Part shown: positions 37,265-41,862 of the stretch, in pieces
Position numbering within the stretch: the first letter of the stretch is position 1
How the letters are laid out: every line of letters starts with the position of its first letter
IMG/VR virus record: IMGVR_UViG_3300030333_006991
From: an uncultured virus (IMG/VR IMGVR_UViG_3300030333_006991)
Taxonomy: Duplodnaviria; Heunggongvirae; Uroviricota; Caudoviricetes
Reading direction: 5' to 3' (one strand)
DNA length: 41,862 nt
Program-made: the position numbers and the translations under genes
Notes under the pieces: model-generated
What the model was told of the DNA's origin: nothing
Seen by the model: the letters and a program-made list of their open reading frames with translations, nothing else
The model's database searches: none

Positions 37265-37378
37265 TTGACTCATCGCAATTGGGATGACCCCCCTGATATA
37301 TCGGAAACTGCCATACCTTTAGTAGTGATAATTGGGTTGGTGTGGGGTTTAAGTCACGCCATCGGCTTACTTATTTGA
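37265..37378 (+). CDS. 37-aa single-TM microprotein (not in ORF track)
   Basis: TTG start after GGTGA; MTHRNWDDPPDISETAIPLVVIIGLVWGLSHAIGLLI; fills the intergenic gap. Confidence 0.5.
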   Translation: MTHRNWDDPPDISETAIPLVVIIGLVWGLSHAIGLLI

Positions 37379-37418
37379 TTATCAGTAAATCCAAATAGTT
37401 TCACTGAGTAATGTAATT

Positions 37419-37676
37419 GTGACTGTTGATAAACCCTATCCTGACGAAGTTTGTTCCAATACAGATAAATTGGATTTACCGTCATGGTGTGTGGAAACTC
37501 CCGATTTCACAGCAGAAGTTTTTGGACAATTGTGTTTTGAGTTTGTATTTCTCTTCGGTTTATTCGCACTCATAAGGTGGAGATACAAATTATGGCAGGA
37601 AAAAAAGCATCGTATCAGAGAGGAGTGGCCTCCACGCTCACAGTTATCAATTCATCCACCCAATCAAGAGCGTTAG
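37419..37676 (+). CDS. Small single-TM protein
   Basis: LCFEFVFLFGLFALI followed by a basic tail. Confidence 0.55.
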   Translation: MTVDKPYPDEVCSNTDKLDLPSWCVETPDFTAEVFGQLCFEFVFLFGLFALIRWRYKLWQEKKHRIREEWPPRSQLSIHPPNQER

Positions 37677-38586
37677 GAGTTTTGTAATTCAAAGGAGTTT
37701 TTGGAAACTTGCACACCTTGAAGTGAAACTTCTCAGGGTCGAAACTCCGCTTACCCTGTCGTAACACATGACCCTTTGAGAGGGGCATCGAAACTCTTAG
37801 AGTTTTAGGATGCACCGAGAACGGACACCTTCTGATACCTTGTCTTCGCATGGGGGATAAATCTGCTTCTCTAAATTCTTCTCCAACCGCTTCACGGAAA
37901 ATACGCTTCACAATTCCCCATGTTCTTTTAGCACAAGTTTGGAGTGGATAAAGGTCCCTTTCCGTCATATTCAAAACTGATTTGGCTTCTTCCCACGGAA
38001 CCACTACATGAAATCCTTTGCTTCCTGAATAGTCAATCTCAACAAAGGTCACACCATATTTGTCTCGTAGATGAGCCGCTATTTTCGCTGAAACAGTTAG
38101 AGCGTCTAAATCGCCATAAACATCATCAACATCCCAAACTAAATCTCGCCCTATACAGAATCCCTTTTTATCGAGTGTTTCGTTCCAAACCTTATCCTTC
38201 CATTCTTTGAATCCATCAATGTATTCTCTATACACCTTTTGCTCTTCTTGAGAACGAAGAGGTGGAGGTTTCAAAGCCGCATTCGGTAAAGCGGGTGCGA
38301 GCCTTTCTAATTTGGAAAAATCAAATCTCAAACAAGATTGGTAAACATGAGGGTGCTTTTGCGGATAAGCAAAATATCTCATCCACTTTTTAGCGGCTTG
38401 AGTTGTTGGCATTGAGATAGGTCGAAAGAATTTCTTTGTTCCTTCCGAGTAGGCCATAATCATTGGTCTTTCCATACTGTATTGTCTCAAATGATAGAGA
38501 ACGGATTGAGAATCATACCACGGAATTCCTGCCATAGCGTGATGTTCGGGCATTTTGCTTATGAACCCTTGCTCCGTAACCCTCAT
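37615..38586 (-). CDS. priS: Archaeo-eukaryotic primase catalytic subunit (PriS-like)
   Basis: HVYQS, RDLVWDVD (motif I), YSGSKGFHV (motif II), EADLS...IRRCPFSVHPKT (motif III). Confidence 0.88.
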   Translation of the reverse strand: MRVTEQGFISKMPEHHAMAGIPWYDSQSVLYHLRQYSMERPMIMAYSEGTKKFFRPISMPTTQAAKKWMRYFAYPQKHPHVYQSCLRFDFSKLERLAPALPNAALKPPPLRSQEEQKVYREYIDGFKEWKDKVWNETLDKKGFCIGRDLVWDVDDVYGDLDALTVSAKIAAHLRDKYGVTFVEIDYSGSKGFHVVVPWEEAKSVLNMTERDLYPLQTCAKRTWGIVKRIFREAVGEEFREADLSPMRRQGIRRCPFSVHPKTLRVSMPLSKGHVLRQGKRSFDPEKFHFKVCKFPKTPLNYKTPNALDWVDELITVSVEATPL

Positions 38587-38610
38587 ATAGTCGGCCTACT
38601 ATGTAGAGTT

Positions 38611-38841
38611 ATGAATCCATTGGCTCTACCTATGCAATACTATGAAAGTGAAGGGCTTTCGACCTATTCCATCGCCTACACAGGAGCGTTGGCTGCTATG
38701 GTCGGAGGTGTCGTGAATATTATTCCCTCTTTTAGGGATGGTTCGATGAAATGTGTAGTAGCCGATGTCGCCTTGATTGGTGTAGGGATGTATGCCGCAA
38801 CAACATTCCTAAAGAAGGCAGGAATACTTGAAGGATATTAA
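38611..38841 (+). CDS. Small two-TM membrane protein
   Basis: Start moved to ATG 38611, after the CTCATATAGTC motif (38582-38592), which avoids overlap with the primase gene. Confidence 0.65.
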   Translation: MNPLALPMQYYESEGLSTYSIAYTGALAAMVGGVVNIIPSFRDGSMKCVVADVALIGVGMYAATTFLKKAGILEGY

Positions 38842-38851
38842 GGTGAATAAT

Positions 38852-39289
38852 ATGTCGTTTTTTATGGGAGAACCTTTCACACTTCATGCCGATATGTTCG
38901 GCACAACCTTTAGAGCCCCCACCTTCCGAGCAGGGGAAAACTGCGAAGGAGATGATGATTGTCCTGAAGGTAACAAATGTTCCAAAGGGAATTGTGTAAA
39001 AGAATGTGAAAACGATTCAGATTGCCCCTCATGGCAGGATTGTGTTAGAGGGTCATGTCGAGAAGAGGAAACTGATGCTTTTGAGCAAGCGAAAAATCGT
39101 AGTCAAGGTGATACAACTGCTACTGAAGCCCCGAAAACTAAAAGTAACCCTATGAATCCTTTGACTCTTGGGTTGATTGGTGTTGGTGTTTGTGGATTAG
39201 GTTGGTTCGCTTACGATAGTTGGGTCAAGAGTAAAANNNNNNNNNNCTCAACGCTGATGCTGAGTAGCCTTCTTATAGTCCTCCTGTAA
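38852..39289 (+). CDS. Cys-rich tail-anchored protein; 3' end uncertain because of an N gap
   Basis: Leader ...TTFRAPTFRAGE, two C-x5-C-x5-C-x4-C repeats, TM LTLGLIGVGVCGLGWFAY; gap at 39237-39246. Confidence 0.7.
   Translation: MSFFMGEPFTLHADMFGTTFRAPTFRAGENCEGDDDCPEGNKCSKGNCVKECENDSDCPSWQDCVRGSCREEETDAFEQAKNRSQGDTTATEAPKTKSNPMNPLTLGLIGVGVCGLGWFAYDSWVKSKXXXXSTLMLSSLLIVLL
39266..39280 (+). promoter_or_regulatory. AGCCTTCTTATAGTC promoter motif copy
   Basis: Upstream of ATG 39310 with a GGTGA SD. Confidence 0.78.
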
Positions 39290-39309
39290 CATACAGGCGG
39301 TGAAGACCG

Positions 39310-40872
39310 ATGGAAGAGGGAGATTGGGAGTGGTTTCACAATAATATCCAAGATTTGGTTGGAACAGATGACTTTCCTTTACCGAGAGCAGATTGTTGTA
39401 ATTGTGAGGATTTAGTAGAAGAAAATTGGACAGGGCATGGTGCAGAGATTTCAGCGATATATGTGCCAACACCTGACGAGTGGTTGAAGCCTACATACAC
39501 TGAGTTTTTGAAGTTTATCTTGAAGGATTATCCTGAAATGATTCCTGACGGAGAAGTGGAGCATTTTATGGAAGGAGAGATTGCGGATGCTCTCATCAAC
39601 TTGAAGGAAGTGTGTGAAAAGGGAGAAGATGGTTACGGTCACGACTTGCGAAAAAATCATGTGATTAACTTCGATGGTGATGATTGGAAATGGAGGTGGA
39701 CAGCCTACAATTGTGATTCCACTCTTGTCGGAAATATGATTAAAGGCACACACCTCCTAACACCTCCTACTCCTTTACCCCCATCCATCGCAGACACGAT
39801 TCCTATGTGGGGGGTGGACTCTGCGAAAACCGCATGGAAACAGTTAATGTTTGAAGGAACCGTAATAGAAATCAATGAAAGAATAGATTATCTTTGGGAC
39901 CACACTAACTCTACTCATTGGTGGCGTGATTCGGAAAAACCTATAATGGTAGTGGGTAAGGACGAAGACGAAGACATGAAAGAGGCTGAAATGGAAGATG
40001 AAGATGAAGATCTTGAAGAAGTCTTACGCCAATTAGAAGCTGAAATGAATGACGAAGATGAAGAGCCTAAAGAAGAAGGCGCNNNNNNNNNNCTTTATCG
40101 GAACGATAAGCGGAAACGGAAATTTTCTACGAGTAGGTCGTTAGCGGTTGATGTAAGGGAAAATAAATCTTCTATTTCTGTGAATACCGATTGGCAGTTG
40201 AGAACATGGGAAGGCGAAGATGTTGAAGACGATAGAGAAGGGATGTTGCGGATTGCCGACCAAACATTACATTGGCGACCTCTTTTCACTTGTCCGTGGT
40301 TTGGTAAAGTGGTCATGGTTAATCGAGCAAGGAATACAATTGCCGCCACCTTTTACTACTATTTCTCCCACCTCTATAACGAAAAAGAAATGTATGATGA
40401 AATGGGAAAAAACCTAAAACGCTACATCGAATACGCTTGTAATGATAGTTTAGGAAGAGGTTTCGGCCATGATAGCGAAACGACTGAAGAAGAATTACAA
40501 GATTTTTTGAAAAAGAAACAAACCCCTCCACATTATTCCATAACTTGGGACGAGTGGTTGATGAAGCAATACAGACAAGCACAAGAACAAGCGTTCTATG
40601 AAATAAACGCACCTACAATAGTGAAAATGTTCGTGCATGAGCCTGAAATCGTGGGTTACGATTCAGAATGGACTGAGATTCCTGATGCGAGGGATAAGAA
40701 GATGTGGGGAACCACCTTTTACTCACTCCATCCGTGGTCACAGTTATTTCTCAGAAGGGAAGGCACACCGTTCATCCAATTTCGTTTCTTCACCCAATAC
40801 GAAACTTACATCGGTATGCTGAATGAGCAGTATACAGGTGCAGGGTTCGGGATGCTGAATTGGGAGTGGTAA
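39310..40872 (+). CDS. Acidic Trp-rich hypothetical protein(s) spanning an N gap, ending GMLNWEW
   Basis: Open on both sides of the gap at 40083-40092; may be two genes. Confidence 0.6.
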   Translation: MEEGDWEWFHNNIQDLVGTDDFPLPRADCCNCEDLVEENWTGHGAEISAIYVPTPDEWLKPTYTEFLKFILKDYPEMIPDGEVEHFMEGEIADALINLKEVCEKGEDGYGHDLRKNHVINFDGDDWKWRWTAYNCDSTLVGNMIKGTHLLTPPTPLPPSIADTIPMWGVDSAKTAWKQLMFEGTVIEINERIDYLWDHTNSTHWWRDSEKPIMVVGKDEDEDMKEAEMEDEDEDLEEVLRQLEAEMNDEDEEPKEEGXXXXLYRNDKRKRKFSTSRSLAVDVRENKSSISVNTDWQLRTWEGEDVEDDREGMLRIADQTLHWRPLFTCPWFGKVVMVNRARNTIAATFYYYFSHLYNEKEMYDEMGKNLKRYIEYACNDSLGRGFGHDSETTEEELQDFLKKKQTPPHYSITWDEWLMKQYRQAQEQAFYEINAPTIVKMFVHEPEIVGYDSEWTEIPDARDKKMWGTTFYSLHPWSQLFLRREGTPFIQFRFFTQYETYIGMLNEQYTGAGFGMLNWEW

Positions 40873-40873
40873 C

Positions 40874-41701
40874 ATGGCAAAGGAAGAGGTAAAATGGAAT
40901 CCTTCACCCCAATACATTATCCAAGCCTCCAACTCAGGTGAAACGAGTTACGACATCAAACGATTATCAGGGAAGATGATAGATTATTTCATCACTTACG
41001 GTCCTAATCCAAAGTATACTCCCAAAGAAATCTTTTACAAGACCTATAACCAACCTATCCGAGTCCTTGAATGGGACCACGAATGGGATGGAACACAATG
41101 GACAACCTTTTTCACAGATATACTTCCTTCGTTGGAACGAAACGCCCATTGGCTGATGGATATTTCCTATACTCTGCATGGTTTCCGCCACGGTAAACCG
41201 TTTGATAAAAACATACGAGAAATCGTGTGGGGTTATTTTTCGGGAATAAAGGAGAAGGTGATATGGGTTGGAAGTGGTATCTTTCAAGTAGATGGAAAGG
41301 CGTGGCATCTGATTGAGAGAAGTTGGTATGAAAAACATGATGCAAAGAGAGCCACTGTGAGCGATAGTTTATGGCAAAATACAATTGAGCCAAAGAGTGA
41401 GCCTACAAGATTCCCTATGTCGGAAAACTACAAAGATTATTCACCTCTTCTTTTAGCAGGGCTATGGGAGGACTCTTACCACGACCCCATTGTAAACGAA
41501 GATGGTATCGAGGAGTATAGAGAGATGGTTCTGCGCCCTGATTATTGGAAACACCATTTCACTGTAAATCACCTCGACCCGTTCAAGCGAACCGATGAAT
41601 TAGGATGGTCTTGGGGAATCAGTGACTTAGATGTGACGATTCTACTGACGGACGATAAACCTGCATTAGGGTTACTGAATTGGTTCCGCATAATGGAGTA
41701 G
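40874..41701 (+). CDS. Trp-rich hypothetical protein with C-terminal GLLNW motif
   Basis: Operonic with the previous gene; ends ALGLLNWFRIME. Confidence 0.72.
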   Translation: MAKEEVKWNPSPQYIIQASNSGETSYDIKRLSGKMIDYFITYGPNPKYTPKEIFYKTYNQPIRVLEWDHEWDGTQWTTFFTDILPSLERNAHWLMDISYTLHGFRHGKPFDKNIREIVWGYFSGIKEKVIWVGSGIFQVDGKAWHLIERSWYEKHDAKRATVSDSLWQNTIEPKSEPTRFPMSENYKDYSPLLLAGLWEDSYHDPIVNEDGIEEYREMVLRPDYWKHHFTVNHLDPFKRTDELGWSWGISDLDVTILLTDDKPALGLLNWFRIME

Positions 41702-41708
41702 TGATAAA

Positions 41709-41862
41709 ATGGCAAAAAAACCTAAACCCCCTGTTCTCGATTTAGGAGTTGATTGGGAAATACAACTCTACGAAATAATTGAAGATGCAGGTGTGGCTCA
41801 AATGATATTGGAAATCAACCGAGATAAGGATGAAGATTACCAACGAGAGGATTCTGATGCGA
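41709..41862 (+). CDS. Hypothetical protein, truncated at the right edge
   Basis: MAKKPKPPVLDLGVDWEIQLYEIIEDAGVAQMILEINRDKDEDYQREDSDA..., open to the end of the window. Confidence 0.6.
   Translation, partial: MAKKPKPPVLDLGVDWEIQLYEIIEDAGVAQMILEINRDKDEDYQREDSDA

Larger units (their letters stand above)
1..41862. mobile_element. Whole window: archaeal virus-like or extrachromosomal element
   Basis: High ORFan content, phage-type dNMP kinase and RecE/Cas4 nucleases, private promoter motif, no housekeeping operons; archaeal-type replication genes. Confidence 0.75.

Noticed and set aside
38482..38610. Long 5' extension of the 38482 ORF overlapping the primase head-to-head (similarly the 9234, 10732, 35186 and 34248 starts)
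   Set aside because: Promoter motif position, SD sequences or paralog alignment point to downstream ATGs.
39960..40082. GAAGAT-rich repeat as a possible DNA repeat element
   Set aside because: It encodes an Asp/Glu-rich tract in frame; it is imperfect and probably caused the assembly gap.
36546..40092. Apparent frameshifts or gene fusions at 36546-36555, 39237-39246 and 40083-40092
   Set aside because: These are 10-N scaffold gaps of unknown true length, so reading frames across them are not interpretable.
1..41862. Interpretation as an ordinary archaeal chromosome segment
   Set aside because: Despite PolD, aIF1 and PriS there are no housekeeping operons, most genes are ORFans, the nucleases and kinase are phage-type, and a private promoter motif is present. 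A highly reduced cellular symbiont cannot be fully excluded from this window alone.

Overview
Gene-dense 41.9 kb fragment with three 10-N scaffold gaps, from an archaeal virus-like or extrachromosomal element. The host is probably in the Thermoplasmatota (possibly marine Poseidoniales/MGII), inferred from the PolD, aIF1, Hjc and PriS sequences and from archaeal TATA and GGTGA Shine-Dalgarno signals. No rRNA, tRNA, ribosomal-protein or central metabolic genes were found, and no recognisable capsid, portal or terminase. There are two interleaved gene classes. (1) A minus-strand replication/recombination set: BOTH family D polymerase subunits (DP2 at the left edge, missed by the ORF track; DP1 about 27 kb away), a divergent MCM, PriS primase, putative SSB, Hjc, DinG/XPD and XPB-like helicases, Cas4-like and RecE-like nucleases, dNMP kinase and aIF1/SUI1, several behind canonical BRE-TATA promoters. 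(2) ORFan, mostly membrane-anchored proteins behind a distinct conserved promoter motif (CTTCTTATAGTC, on both strands): an array of tail-anchored EGF/TSP1-like Cys-rich proteins, a transglutaminase-like protein, a JAB-like protein and modular acidic proteins. Many class 2 proteins carry a recurring AE[ST]F / F-x-A-E peptide motif at leader and module boundaries (candidate processing or virion-targeting signal), and three others share a C-terminal G[LM]LNW tag. A ~290 nt hairpin-rich non-coding element lies between the SSB-like and MCM genes. All family calls come from motif recognition by eye; no searches were run.
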